64,000 bases of DNA from a virus, in IMG/VR virus record IMGVR_UViG_3300009709_000021, positions 38,183-102,182 of that record; one strand, given 5' to 3'. The notes under the pieces were generated by a model. It was not told where the DNA came from, made no database searches, and saw only the letters and a list, made by a program, of their open reading frames with translations. Shown here one piece after another: positions 28,455 through 38,776 of the stretch. The position numbers and the translations under genes were made by a program. Within the stretch, counting starts at the first letter, position 1; each line of letters starts with the position of its first letter.

Positions 28455-30611
28455 TCAACCATACAGAGTCACGGTGTTTTCTCCGGATTGAACTCTGCTA
28501 AAGTACACCATAAAATTTCTGGTGGTCCCTGCGTTAATTACGAAAGTTCCAGAACTTGTATTTCCTGAAAAAATTACAAAAGATCCAGGAGCCAGAGTCA
28601 GAGTTCCACTGGAAGTATTGAGAATCATCAACGATCTCCCAGCGCCTGTCGTAACATTTGGCAAAGCCGCTACAAGATTAGAAGCAGTATCCGTAGTTCC
28701 AGTGAATCCTCCTGCACCAGATACAGTGTAAACTCCCCCCAACATTTTTGCGGCGGTAATTGTATAAGCGGCGCTCGGCGTATCTGAAGAGGGGCTTATT
28801 ACAGTTCCAATTTGAGCTTGAGCCGCTGCTGTCTGGGCTGCAGTAACTGAAGTTTGAATAGATTGAGATAATGCTACGTACGGAGTATAAAATTCTACTG
28901 TGTACGTCGTACCGAGAGGTAATGTAATATTTGAATTAATGATAGTTACATTTTGTCCGTCTAACGCAGTATAGTCAGAATTTTGTAGGGAAAGACCAAG
29001 TCCAGTGATTACTCCACGAACTGTACCAATAGTATAGCCACCGGAAACAGGGAGGACTGTTTGATTAGCGGTAGTAGTTGTACCTTGGACAAAAGTTGGA
29101 TTACCAAGAAGAGCATCCAGCGCCTGGGATACAGTACCACCCTGGTGGTATCCAACCAGACTAGCACCTAGTCCAGCCTGGCTACTTGATAACTGAGAAG
29201 CGTTGACTCCATTGTTATAAGAGAATGCCGTGTTGATCATCAACTCAACAATATCTGACGCATTCAAATTATGCTGAAAAACAATAGTCTCACCATCCGT
29301 AGCCTGATATAAGCCAGAAGCGAATGGAAGTTTATTCATGTTGAGATACACTTCAATCGCGCCGGGAGTGTACCCTCCTGTTACTGTAATCGTATTTGTA
29401 GTGATTCCAGTGTAGTACTGTTGTTGCCTATTGACAATAGTTTCATTGAGGGCTTGGGCAACCGTAGTAGTACCATACCCAACTAATGTTGCACCTGCAG
29501 AACTTGCTAAAGTACCTTGGTCAACATTATTCTGTCCTTCAGCATAAACGATTAACGCCGAAACAACGAGGGTATCTCCAATTGCAATTTTGTTAATTAC
29601 TTTAGTATTGAGAATTACAACAGTAGCACCATCAGTTGCTACATAATCGATGCCTTCCATTAAGTACGCATTGAACATGAAACATTCAATTTTGCCTACC
29701 AGATATCCACTCGGTACAGTGAAAGTTGTTTGATTGGCTGCGGTAGCTGCAATTGAATACCTTGTGCGAACTTGGTTAAGAGTGTTCAGAGCTTCAGCGA
29801 CAGTTTGGGAATTATACCCGACCATTGTCGCGCCGCCTGAACTGGCTAACGACTGGCTATTGACTGGATTCGCTACCGTTGCATACGTGTTTAAAGCGGA
29901 GACAGTCATGATGTCTCCAATCTTTACAGAATTATAAATCTTCGGATTAATTAAATGAACTGTTTCCCCGTCTGTTGCTGTGTAGTCAACACTCTCAGCA
30001 AGATAGGTGTTATACATGTATACATCCAGTTCACCTAGTTGATAACCACCGGGTACTGTCCAATTAACTTGGTTAGCTGACGTAGCTCCAATGTTTTGTT
30101 TTGTACGAGCTTCAGTTAACTCAGTAATTGATGCTGCTAGAGAATTGAGTTCAGCATAAACGGTAGAGCCGGGGTAGTAACCAACAAGAGCAGAACCTTT
30201 CGTTGGATCCGTATTGTTTTCAAGTTGAGTACTAACGGAGCCGGTAGACGACGAAATATTTAGCCAGATTCCGTTAGTCGTCGACACTAATTGGATAGAA
30301 TCACCGGGGTTAAACGTGATAGAGGTTACTGAAGCCGTCTGGTCTTGAATTGTATCAGAACCAGTTGTGACAATGGAAGAAGTGCCGGTTGATGCCGTAT
30401 AAATAACAGTAACTAGAATATACCCTGGCGTTGTAGAACTCAACGGAAGTGTCAATACGACATTAGGAGCAGTAATCTCGATAACTTTACCATAGTCGCT
30501 ATTCTGAATGGTGTAAGAAGCCGAGATGGTTTCAGTACCAAGATAAGAATAAGGTTTGAGCGTAGGGATGACGGCTGTTTCGTCACCAACTGGAATTCCG
30601 TAATAGGACAT
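28455..30611 (-). CDS. multi-module tail fibre adaptor/hub protein
   Basis: Four GA.[LM]VGY...TV..[AE]L[ND] helices alternating with four ..Y.A.DG..[VI] beta modules. Confidence 0.75.
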   Translation of the reverse strand: MSYYGIPVGDETAVIPTLKPYSYLGTETISASYTIQNSDYGKVIEITAPNVVLTLPLSSTTPGYILVTVIYTASTGTSSIVTTGSDTIQDQTASVTSITFNPGDSIQLVSTTNGIWLNISSSTGSVSTQLENNTDPTKGSALVGYYPGSTVYAELNSLAASITELTEARTKQNIGATSANQVNWTVPGGYQLGELDVYMYNTYLAESVDYTATDGETVHLINPKIYNSVKIGDIMTVSALNTYATVANPVNSQSLASSGGATMVGYNSQTVAEALNTLNQVRTRYSIAATAANQTTFTVPSGYLVGKIECFMFNAYLMEGIDYVATDGATVVILNTKVINKIAIGDTLVVSALIVYAEGQNNVDQGTLASSAGATLVGYGTTTVAQALNETIVNRQQQYYTGITTNTITVTGGYTPGAIEVYLNMNKLPFASGLYQATDGETIVFQHNLNASDIVELMINTAFSYNNGVNASQLSSSQAGLGASLVGYHQGGTVSQALDALLGNPTFVQGTTTTANQTVLPVSGGYTIGTVRGVITGLGLSLQNSDYTALDGQNVTIINSNITLPLGTTYTVEFYTPYVALSQSIQTSVTAAQTAAAQAQIGTVISPSSDTPSAAYTITAAKMLGGVYTVSGAGGFTGTTDTASNLVAALPNVTTGAGRSLMILNTSSGTLTLAPGSFVIFSGNTSSGTFVINAGTTRNFMVYFSRVQSGENTVTLYG

Positions 30612-30646
30612 ATTTAATTAGTAGTAAGCTCTTTGATTTTACTCGT

Positions 30647-31093
30647 TTAGTTCTTGTAATGGTCAGCTTTGGATCGGTGTTCTTCTGAGCCTTGATTAAG
30701 ATTAACTGTAACTTCAACCCTATCTTCGTTTTCTCCTGGTATCAAGCTAATGCCTTTATTGACTAGCCTATCAAGGGCCTCTGAACCTCTATTGTCAATC
30801 CATAAAATAACAGCTCTTATAATGTGGACACCCGTTCCACCCATGATCCAAGATAAAGCAGCGATAGCCTCCGCCGTTTTTAAATTTAGGTAATCACAAA
30901 TAATTGGACCGATAAACACAGCGAAAGAAGTACCAACAATGGCACTGATTACTGCATTGCGAATACTGATTTTTCTTTCGTTAGAAATTGCAAGAATAGG
31001 CACAATGCTGCCAGCAAAACTGGCCAAGAAAGACCAAAATTTTGCGGCAGTAATAGCGGCAGCAAGTGCGGTGGAAGTGGTGGGTTCGGCCAT
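30647..31093 (-). CDS. membrane protein, holin-like
   Basis: Three hydrophobic segments and a charged C-terminus. Confidence 0.6.
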   Translation of the reverse strand: MAEPTTSTALAAAITAAKFWSFLASFAGSIVPILAISNERKISIRNAVISAIVGTSFAVFIGPIICDYLNLKTAEAIAALSWIMGGTGVHIIRAVILWIDNRGSEALDRLVNKGISLIPGENEDRVEVTVNLNQGSEEHRSKADHYKN

Positions 31094-31132
31094 GCATTTA
31101 TTTTAGGTTGAAAACCTGTTTTAGCCGAAACG

Positions 31133-31315
31133 TTACTTCGATTGAAGTTGCGGTTTTCCGTTGACCGAGATAATCTTCATACCTCGTTGATTCTGGGAAA
31201 TTAAATATGTGTATTCCGCTTCGCTTAGTTCAACTGCGTCATGCGGAATATTATTTGGATGAGTAAATGCGCTTGATAAAAAGCCATTCTTAGAGGCCGA
31301 CCACCAGTATGTCAT
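31133..31315 (-). CDS. tail fibre assembly-like small protein
   Basis: WSASKNGF...IPHDAVELS...Y..L......G..I....G.P resembles the N-terminal part of tail fibre assembly proteins. Confidence 0.7.
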   Translation of the reverse strand: MTYWWSASKNGFLSSAFTHPNNIPHDAVELSEAEYTYLISQNQRGMKIISVNGKPQLQSK

Positions 31316-31629
31316 TTCGAAGTTTCCTGCAAAAGTGCAACAACATCAGGGTTATTAGCCAAGAATGCTTTTAATTTGTCAACAGAAGTTTGTGTAGCTA
31401 CTACTGGTGCGGGGGGTTTATACGCGCCAATTTTACCGAATTTTCCGTCGGATATATTTTTAAATAGAGCAATGCCATGTGGTTCAGTATCATCTTTATG
31501 GGCATTGAATGGAAGGACTGTACCGTCGGAAAGTTTTACTTTACAATTAAAGTGAGTTTTAGCATCATCACCCCAGGTAATGTCCGTCACATCTTCGACA
31601 GTAGTGTTCAAATGTTCAATTTTAATCAT
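31312..31629 (-). CDS. tail fibre assembly chaperone
   Basis: LPFNAHKDDTEPHG..LF......KFG.I..Y.PP motif of fibre chaperones. Confidence 0.75.
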   Translation of the reverse strand: MIKIEHLNTTVEDVTDITWGDDAKTHFNCKVKLSDGTVLPFNAHKDDTEPHGIALFKNISDGKFGKIGAYKPPAPVVATQTSVDKLKAFLANNPDVVALLQETSK

Positions 31630-32888
31630 TATGCGTACCTATATCCTAAGCCAACATTATCCCCGGAAATCTGAGTTGCCGATGTCATAGTCCAACTTCC
31701 AGGGACGCCGGAGATTGTCCCATTACCGCCGGGTCCAAACCCGCCACTCCATTGAGATTGCTGAATGAAATAATAACTGCGAATACCATACACACTACTA
31801 ATTGCATTAAGCTGATTTTGCAGATTATTATCGCCGTTAACTCGATTATTTGCTTCACCATTAATATTATTTTGTAGTGCATTGTCAGCATTGAGTCGAG
31901 TATTGGCTTCGCTATTAATATTACTTTGTAGTGCATTGTCAGCATTGAGTCGAGTGGTGGCCTCATTGCTAATACTAGTATTAATATTAGTTACTGTTGT
32001 TGCGAGATAACTACGGTTAAAAGGATAAATGCCAACGGCGATCCATGTCCCAGTACCATTATAGACAAGAGTTACCGAATTTGCTCCTGGCATAGCGAAA
32101 CTTGCTACAACGCCATTCCCAACATCCATGTTTGTCCCGGTACCTGTTACAGTCAACGTTGTGGTAGATCCCGTCAAAAAAGTAATTTGTGCGCCGGCAG
32201 GAACACCCGTAGTAGCAGGCATTGTCACTGCCTGAGACGCAGATGTCTCAAAGCTATAAATACCGCCAAGGTTAGCTGCCGTCATTGTAGTTGACGTAGC
32301 TGTAATGTAGCTAGAGCTAGTGTTGTACTGAACCCCCCTAGCTGCTTCCCATGCAGTATTAGGAATAAGAGTAGAATTATCGAAATGCCCAGGAGTAACC
32401 GATACTGTAGGAGATGCGAATCCAGGAGCATTTAACTGAGCGTATTTAATAACTTCCCAATTTATAGAATTGGAAACAATATCTAAACTTTCATTTGGGT
32501 ATAATACAAGAGTATTAACTCCTGTAGTTGAGAAAGGAGAAGTGATTAAATCGTTTACGTTTCCTTTTATAGTAACGTTTCCTGTTGCTAAAGGATTAAG
32601 GAAAGTAAGAGTTGCACCAGTAGGAGAATTACCAATTGGCGGCAAGGTAATAATAAGCCCACCTGTCGATACTTGGACTAATCCACCTATCTGAGTAGTC
32701 GATAGACTTGTAGAAGCAGAGTACGAAAATATATTTGAATAAGTATGGCCCGATGCCTTAACGAAAGCTGTCGTTACTAAATTGGTTGAAGAATCAAGGG
32801 CCGGTGGAGTAGTTCCTGTTGCGTACTTACCATTAGTGGAAAGTACATTACCAAGGTTACCAACGTTACGAGCAAGAGAGATAGTCAT
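31629..32888 (-). CDS. tail fibre protein
   Basis: TPP..DSST.L.TTAFV repeats, coiled-coil EA..R...DN.LQ repeats; followed by chaperones. Confidence 0.8.
   Translation of the reverse strand: MTISLARNVGNLGNVLSTNGKYATGTTPPALDSSTNLVTTAFVKASGHTYSNIFSYSASTSLSTTQIGGLVQVSTGGLIITLPPIGNSPTGATLTFLNPLATGNVTIKGNVNDLITSPFSTTGVNTLVLYPNESLDIVSNSINWEVIKYAQLNAPGFASPTVSVTPGHFDNSTLIPNTAWEAARGVQYNTSSSYITATSTTMTAANLGGIYSFETSASQAVTMPATTGVPAGAQITFLTGSTTTLTVTGTGTNMDVGNGVVASFAMPGANSVTLVYNGTGTWIAVGIYPFNRSYLATTVTNINTSISNEATTRLNADNALQSNINSEANTRLNADNALQNNINGEANNRVNGDNNLQNQLNAISSVYGIRSYYFIQQSQWSGGFGPGGNGTISGVPGSWTMTSATQISGDNVGLGYRYA
31871..31955. repeat. 31-bp exact direct repeat (54-bp period) encoding TRLNADNALQ
   Basis: 31871-31901 = 31925-31955. 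Confidence 0.85.
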
Positions 32889-32902
32889 GTCGGTATTTTA
32901 CT

Positions 32903-34609
32903 TTAATAGCCCACTGATTCCCAAGTTCCAGCAACTACACGAGACGCGGTAGCGCAAGATACATTGATGGTACATCCTGAAGTAGTTTTATTGGAAATCC
33001 AAGTACTAAAATCTTGACCTGACCCAGAAGCATCAACAACAACTGGGACAATATGTACGCAATTTGTATCAAATACTACTGGAAACGTAATTGCAACTGA
33101 TCCTTCGTATCTAGAGTCCCCAGCTTCTGTTGCGGAAGTAGTAGCAGTAAATTGCCCCCATTGACGAAATAGACTAGTTGGGGATCCTACAGATCCTGTT
33201 AAGCCTAACGTGACCGGAAACGCTAATTGACGGAACAAGAAAGTTCCATTGACAGACCAGAATGTACCAGTCCATGTCAATGCTACAGTATCCCCGGAAT
33301 TTAAAGTAAACGTTGAGGCTAAAGCTGAACCATTACCAAGATTAATGACCGCATCATTGTCGAAAGCATTAATAGTTGCAGGAGTTGCATCAACTAAATT
33401 TCTCACCAGTTCAACAGTAGACCCAATTAACAATGAAGTATGATTGGGCAAAGTAACTGTTTGAGCAGACGACGAGTTTAAAACAATTCGAGCGCCAATG
33501 GTATTCTGAGCAAGAGAAACTGTTGCCGAAGAGGTTTCTACAGTTTGAACGTTGTAGTGTAATCCAGTCTGCCATGAGAATGCCGTTGTTGCACAAAGTG
33601 TTGAGTTATCTCCTTGCGCAGGGGTATTATTCGTAGCTGCTGTAAATGCAGGATCAACTTCATTAGCAAAGAATACTTCTCTCCAATGGGAAGATCCATC
33701 ACTGACGATACAATAACGAGCACCAGTAGTTAGTACTACGGTTGGACCGGAGTCCGTCGTATCTGATCCACTGCATGAAATCGTTTGAGCTTCGCTACTA
33801 ACATTGGTTAAAACAAAACCACTAGAAGTTAAGACAGTAGACGCAAGGGGTAAAGTAACAACATATTGAGTACTACCTCCCATTACATACATTGATCCTG
33901 CTTCTGATGCAGTCAGAGTCAATCCCGACGAAATGGTCACAATTTGAGCAGGTTTAATACCAAGAGCATTCACCCAGGAAGTAGTAGCAGAATGAGAGCT
34001 ATTGTCAAATTGGGGAGGAGTTTCAACTGATGAAGACCCATCCATTAAAGCAAGATTATTATTTGCTTGGATGTAACGAAGAGTTATATCTGTATTAGGT
34101 CCCCAGTCGTTTCCTGCTAGTGGGCTCTGGTCAGGTCTAACAATACCTAATGATGAAAGACCGTTAATAGTAATGACGGGACTAGTAGTAGAATTTGCGG
34201 CACTAGTGCGAACCTTGACTTCTAAACCATCAATGAATGAGCTAAATGTTGGAGTTGTGTTGACAATTTGGGTGTCTCCGGTCCCAGTACAAATACCATA
34301 ATAATTAGACAAAAGACTATTAACTTGTTCTTTTGTATAAATATCTTGATTTTGAACTTGTATTTTGGAGACAATTTCTACAGTTTCCCCGCCAGTACAG
34401 GCGAGTGTTAAAACAATATGTAAACCATCGGTAGCAGTAAAGTCAACTGCCGGATCGAGGTCAGCGCCATTATAGTAAACGTCGACATATCCGACCGTAT
34501 AATTTGCTGAGAATGTGGTTTGACCTAATACCGCAAGATACCGATACCTGTTTTCAGTATTGGTAACTGCAGAGGGTGCAACTCCATAATATTCATAAAC
34601 GGTCGTCAT
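32903..34609 (-). CDS. tail fibre protein
   Basis: DFTATDG module, TP.Q.DNS...ATT repeats, C-terminal RQWG...ITFPVVF domain. Confidence 0.8.
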   Translation of the reverse strand: MTTVYEYYGVAPSAVTNTENRYRYLAVLGQTTFSANYTVGYVDVYYNGADLDPAVDFTATDGLHIVLTLACTGGETVEIVSKIQVQNQDIYTKEQVNSLLSNYYGICTGTGDTQIVNTTPTFSSFIDGLEVKVRTSAANSTTSPVITINGLSSLGIVRPDQSPLAGNDWGPNTDITLRYIQANNNLALMDGSSSVETPPQFDNSSHSATTSWVNALGIKPAQIVTISSGLTLTASEAGSMYVMGGSTQYVVTLPLASTVLTSSGFVLTNVSSEAQTISCSGSDTTDSGPTVVLTTGARYCIVSDGSSHWREVFFANEVDPAFTAATNNTPAQGDNSTLCATTAFSWQTGLHYNVQTVETSSATVSLAQNTIGARIVLNSSSAQTVTLPNHTSLLIGSTVELVRNLVDATPATINAFDNDAVINLGNGSALASTFTLNSGDTVALTWTGTFWSVNGTFLFRQLAFPVTLGLTGSVGSPTSLFRQWGQFTATTSATEAGDSRYEGSVAITFPVVFDTNCVHIVPVVVDASGSGQDFSTWISNKTTSGCTINVSCATASRVVAGTWESVGY

Positions 34610-34612
34610 TAA

Positions 34613-34945
34613 TTAGCTCAGGGTAAGAATGTTTACATTGCATTGCAAAACACCATTAGTGTCTGCTTCAACCCAAAGAGACTCTCCCGGCATCATAACA
34701 ATTTTAGGAACTTTAGAAGTTCCCCCAAAAGGGACAGGGATGTTATTCATGTACACTTGGGTGTATGTAGTACCATTGTACAACTGTAAGGTAATATTAT
34801 GTTGTAATTCGTTCGTGTTGTCGATATTCGAAATAGTGCCTGAAAAAATGATATCAGTTGTGTTAGCCGCCGTAGGGCCATAAAGCTGACTCAGCGAAGT
34901 CGTAGCAATAATAGACGGTGGGCTGTGTGAAAAAGCATATGCCAT
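34613..34945 (-). CDS. virion structural protein
   Basis: 110-aa beta-rich ORF within the structural operon. Confidence 0.65.
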   Translation of the reverse strand: MAYAFSHSPPSIIATTSLSQLYGPTAANTTDIIFSGTISNIDNTNELQHNITLQLYNGTTYTQVYMNNIPVPFGGTSKVPKIVMMPGESLWVEADTNGVLQCNVNILTLS

Positions 34946-34950
34946 GTTAG

Positions 34951-35733
34951 TTAGTCACCTAAGACGATAGCGAAAATAATTGAGTCGATTTGACTGTTTT
35001 GTAAATCTTGAAGTGAAGAATACTCACTCTGGTAAATCATGTATTGATCCCCAACTGAAGGGGAACCGGGTAATGGGTTAGACCAAGTTACCCCAGTTGT
35101 AGATGCTGCTGTCACAAGACGAGGCAGCCCAATTTGGGAACCTGAAGTAAATTGGACGATATACTGACCAGCAGCCGGCGTTCCTAATGTTGATAGCGCA
35201 CTTGATAAAGGTAAAAAAGTTTGTGTTACGCCTGAAGGAGCGGAACCCGAAGCTATTGTGGAAGGATGATTTACAAATCTCCATGTATTATCACTACGGG
35301 CCACAGCAATAATAGGGTTACCTCCATCATCTGTTGACACCGAAACATAAGTAACAGAATCACTTGTCTCTGGAGTAGATAAACTTTCCACTGAAGCGAC
35401 AGGGGCCATGACATCGACAAAACGAGTGAATGACGTAAACGTTTCAGCAGTTGCACGGTTTTCACAAGTTGTTCCCGACGGCCACGCAAGTGCTGTCGTA
35501 TTTTCTAAACCACGAATGCATCCTGTGAATGCACCGTTGGAAACTCCGTATACTTGGACAATTTCATAAGTAGTTCCCGATACTAAAGTAACCAAGAAAT
35601 ACTGTCCCGTTGTCAGGGTGGTTGTCTGAAATGCAGTTGTATCTGCCACGGGAATAGTCGTGTCGGAAGCTCCAATTGCCGCAGCCAGGGAAGTTTTCGC
35701 GTTATTGAAATAAACTCGTTGACTGATTGCCAT
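34951..35733 (-). CDS. virion structural protein (fibre attachment-like)
   Basis: NNAKTSLAAAI...EIV.V......RGLENTTA..W..G...ENR.TA motif typical of tail proteins. Confidence 0.75.
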   Translation of the reverse strand: MAISQRVYFNNAKTSLAAAIGASDTTIPVADTTAFQTTTLTTGQYFLVTLVSGTTYEIVQVYGVSNGAFTGCIRGLENTTALAWPSGTTCENRATAETFTSFTRFVDVMAPVASVESLSTPETSDSVTYVSVSTDDGGNPIIAVARSDNTWRFVNHPSTIASGSAPSGVTQTFLPLSSALSTLGTPAAGQYIVQFTSGSQIGLPRLVTAASTTGVTWSNPLPGSPSVGDQYMIYQSEYSSLQDLQNSQIDSIIFAIVLGD

Positions 35734-35734
35734 A

Positions 35735-36094
35735 TTAGTTAATCGTTACCGTTTCCGTTGAATTGCCTTGAGCCTGGATTTCTTTGCTTAATAAAGTAGC
35801 TGTATTAATTAAGTTTTGAGTCACAGAACTAAGATCTTCTTGTATACTGATGTTAATTTTAGCCTGATTAGATAAAACAAATTTATTGCCAAAAACGGGC
35901 AATGCCGCGCCAGACCAGACTTGTAACCTTGTCAGTTCTGAAATATTGCATACGCCAATGTAGTCACCCAATGTAGTCGTACCCGTATTCCAATATACAA
36001 AAATATTTTGTGGCAGAGTTCCACCGGGTAGTACTACTGCCGTGATTACCCAAGTACTATTGTTTAGTTGAGTCGTAATCTGAAGTTGTGAACT
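35735..36094 (-). CDS. hypothetical structural protein
   Basis: ORF in the baseplate operon; start uncertain, within 36094-36121. Confidence 0.6.
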   Translation of the reverse strand, partial: SSQLQITTQLNNSTWVITAVVLPGGTLPQNIFVYWNTGTTTLGDYIGVCNISELTRLQVWSGAALPVFGNKFVLSNQAKINISIQEDLSSVTQNLINTATLLSKEIQAQGNSTETVTIN

Positions 36095-36099
36095 CATTA

Positions 36100-36621
36100 T
36101 TAAGCGATTGAAATCGTCCATTCAAATTGAACACCAAAACTTGATGCCTTGGTGATACTTGGCCAGGTTTTGATATTAAACATAATTCCAGATTGGGTAA
36201 ATAATCCCGCTTCATTAAGATTACTACCATTGGCTGTAGATTCATCGACAGTAGCAAGGAAAGTAACACTGGGCACAGTCGGAGCAATAGAATATGTAAC
36301 TGGAACAGTTAGTAAATAAGCATAAAGGGAAGTAAGCGATTGATTAACTGGGCGTGGGTATAGGCCTTCACTATCCAATGTACCTCCCGTTCCTACTTCT
36401 AACGTTGTAATAGGGTCCGACGTAGTTGCCAGATAAATACCTGACAACACTTTTTGTTTAGCTGTTAAAGTTATGACATTTTTCTTTTTAAAGTAAGGAA
36501 CCTTGTCAACAGTGCCATCTGGTTGGGTGTAGGTTAGGAAAATAGCCAAATCACCCCTGAGCTTAGCACTGGTATGAAACCGAATGGCGGAACGTTTCCT
36601 AGTTTGTTGAGTAATTTTCAT
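36100..36621 (-). CDS. baseplate/tail-collar protein
   Basis: N.IT...VGTGG...ANG..LNEAGLF...G.MF..KT...I.K.....FEWTI pattern. Confidence 0.75.
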   Translation of the reverse strand: MKITQQTRKRSAIRFHTSAKLRGDLAIFLTYTQPDGTVDKVPYFKKKNVITLTAKQKVLSGIYLATTSDPITTLEVGTGGTLDSEGLYPRPVNQSLTSLYAYLLTVPVTYSIAPTVPSVTFLATVDESTANGSNLNEAGLFTQSGIMFNIKTWPSITKASSFGVQFEWTISIA

Positions 36622-36623
36622 AA

Positions 36624-38774
36624 TTAGTTTCTGTATATTGCGTGTGCGATGCTACTGCCCGAACGATTAATAGGTACTGCAGTATTATTTTCATCTGTGT
36701 ATGACCCGACAGGGGCTCCGTCAGCATAATTTTGTCCACGAATTAGATAGTAGGGAACTCCTGTTCCGGCAAATCCACGGTTTATAGGGGCAGTCCAATT
36801 TACAGTTAACGAATCATTTTCCGCAATTGGATCACAGTAAGGCATATCATTAGATACATTCGTAGTTACCCAGTATATGCCTGCGTATACGTCTTCAATA
36901 CGAATTCCTAATAAATAATCTCCTGCTTGTATCTCAGATATATTAGGGGCATAAGTATCTGTCAAAGCCAAATCTGGGATATGTGCTCCCAGATAATAAA
37001 TGTTTGGGCCACGGAAAAATAGAGTTTCGTAATTTTCAGTGAGCTCAGTATAAGTATTCAATGAAGCAGTGTCGTCGATTGCAAACGTGTTAATAGCCTG
37101 ACTATTCGTCAGAGAGGGGATTTCAAATGTCCACTGAGTTAGAGGAGGAACATCCACTCCTGCTGCTGTACATTTTTGTTGGATATCATCCTGATTGGTT
37201 ATGTATAATGGAATTGCATACATACCAGATGGAAGATCCAAACAATTTACCGGCGTACCGGGTAAGCTATTCTGCGGCATCACCCCTCGATTGTATCCAG
37301 CTACACTACGGTTAATAGCCCAAATTTCTGAATCACGCCTCCAGATATTTTGAATCCAGGCTTGATCAGTAGCAGTAGGTGTTGTAAATTGCCCACGTGG
37401 ATTTCTCAATCCATTAATTTGGCCAAAATCCATAACCGGCTGGAAGGAGTTTACATAGGGGTTTGATCCTCCTAAAGATGTTACAAAGTAAGGAACATTC
37501 CAATGCAAAAAGTTAGGGCAGTCCCTGGTAATAGGGTTAATTGTATTTCCACGATAAAATTCCTGGATGGGTTGTGTTAAATGTTCACAGCGGGCTTGAT
37601 AAATATCTATTGAAAAATCATCATCAGATAATGTCAAAGTTTCATTTAAACCCTGAACAGACCAGATATAAATTGCTTTTGTGTACGTCGGTTTAACACG
37701 TTGAATAACATCGAAAACTGTCGAAAAGTTTTGAATGTCTTTAAAATTAGCAACTTCGATATTGATTAAGAATGTATGAGTCTTTAAATAATTTCTCATT
37801 AAATAATCAAATTGAGATCCCGATGTTGCATAACGGTTATCTTGACCAGGTGGAAGGTAAGGAATAACTGACGAGGGAATATACAAATTTAACCACCAAT
37901 CTCCATCTTCTTGGTAGTCTTTAACCTGAAGCCAGCTTGATAAAGGTTCCCCGACACTCAAAGCATCCCCTACCGATACCGAGGGCGGCAAACCGTAAGG
38001 AATAATATATTGATTTTGATTCGTAATGACAATGTATTCCCCTGTTTGCAAGTACTCACGGATATCCAAAACTGTCTCGGCATCACGCGCAAGAGGAATT
38101 CCCAAGACTAAATTTAAGCCACTTTGTACAAGTGAAAGCTTAGGTCCTTGGGTATACATATAATACAAACCATATACAAGATTGTAGAAATTATCCGTAG
38201 ATGTTTCTGGGCTTATGGCGATGAGATCAGCATAGTATGTGCTAATAAGTTCTTCATCGATATTTGCGTCTACAAACCAGAGGGCGTATTGGGTATTGCC
38301 GGATGAATCGGCACGAACCGAAAATCCAGCATCGGTGATAGATCTTGCGAAAACGATTTGAAGTTGGCCAGCAGTTGTAGTTTGAATAGCAAAATCTACA
38401 TTCTGTTCCCATAGAGTTGTTGGGAGGAATGGTCTATTAGCTATATATCTAGCCGATTGAACACTGATCGGCAATGTATAAGTATTTTCAGAACCTACAA
38501 CTTGACTGTTTGCTTCTAACAAAACAAGCTTTATGCTAGAGCCTATTGTTTCTTGTATTGACTCAAGACTGATTGTTGAAGCATACTGCAAAAAACGGCT
38601 GTACACATCAGATGCGTATTCAGCCTCTGCTTCCAGCATTAAGTTTACAGTTTCTGAATCTTCAAAAATAGTATGGAAAAAATCACTAAGGCCATATAAT
38701 GCAACCATGTTGACATTGTTTTGACCAATAGCAAGGCCATTTGTTGTGAAATTAGCACGAGGATTCAATGCCAT
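36624..38774 (-). CDS. baseplate wedge protein
   Basis: 716 aa, directly downstream of the J-like gene; GP.L..V..GLN..LG and R.KP.YT motifs. Confidence 0.65.
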   Translation of the reverse strand: MALNPRANFTTNGLAIGQNNVNMVALYGLSDFFHTIFEDSETVNLMLEAEAEYASDVYSRFLQYASTISLESIQETIGSSIKLVLLEANSQVVGSENTYTLPISVQSARYIANRPFLPTTLWEQNVDFAIQTTTAGQLQIVFARSITDAGFSVRADSSGNTQYALWFVDANIDEELISTYYADLIAISPETSTDNFYNLVYGLYYMYTQGPKLSLVQSGLNLVLGIPLARDAETVLDIREYLQTGEYIVITNQNQYIIPYGLPPSVSVGDALSVGEPLSSWLQVKDYQEDGDWWLNLYIPSSVIPYLPPGQDNRYATSGSQFDYLMRNYLKTHTFLINIEVANFKDIQNFSTVFDVIQRVKPTYTKAIYIWSVQGLNETLTLSDDDFSIDIYQARCEHLTQPIQEFYRGNTINPITRDCPNFLHWNVPYFVTSLGGSNPYVNSFQPVMDFGQINGLRNPRGQFTTPTATDQAWIQNIWRRDSEIWAINRSVAGYNRGVMPQNSLPGTPVNCLDLPSGMYAIPLYITNQDDIQQKCTAAGVDVPPLTQWTFEIPSLTNSQAINTFAIDDTASLNTYTELTENYETLFFRGPNIYYLGAHIPDLALTDTYAPNISEIQAGDYLLGIRIEDVYAGIYWVTTNVSNDMPYCDPIAENDSLTVNWTAPINRGFAGTGVPYYLIRGQNYADGAPVGSYTDENNTAVPINRSGSSIAHAIYRN

Positions 38775-38776
38775 TG

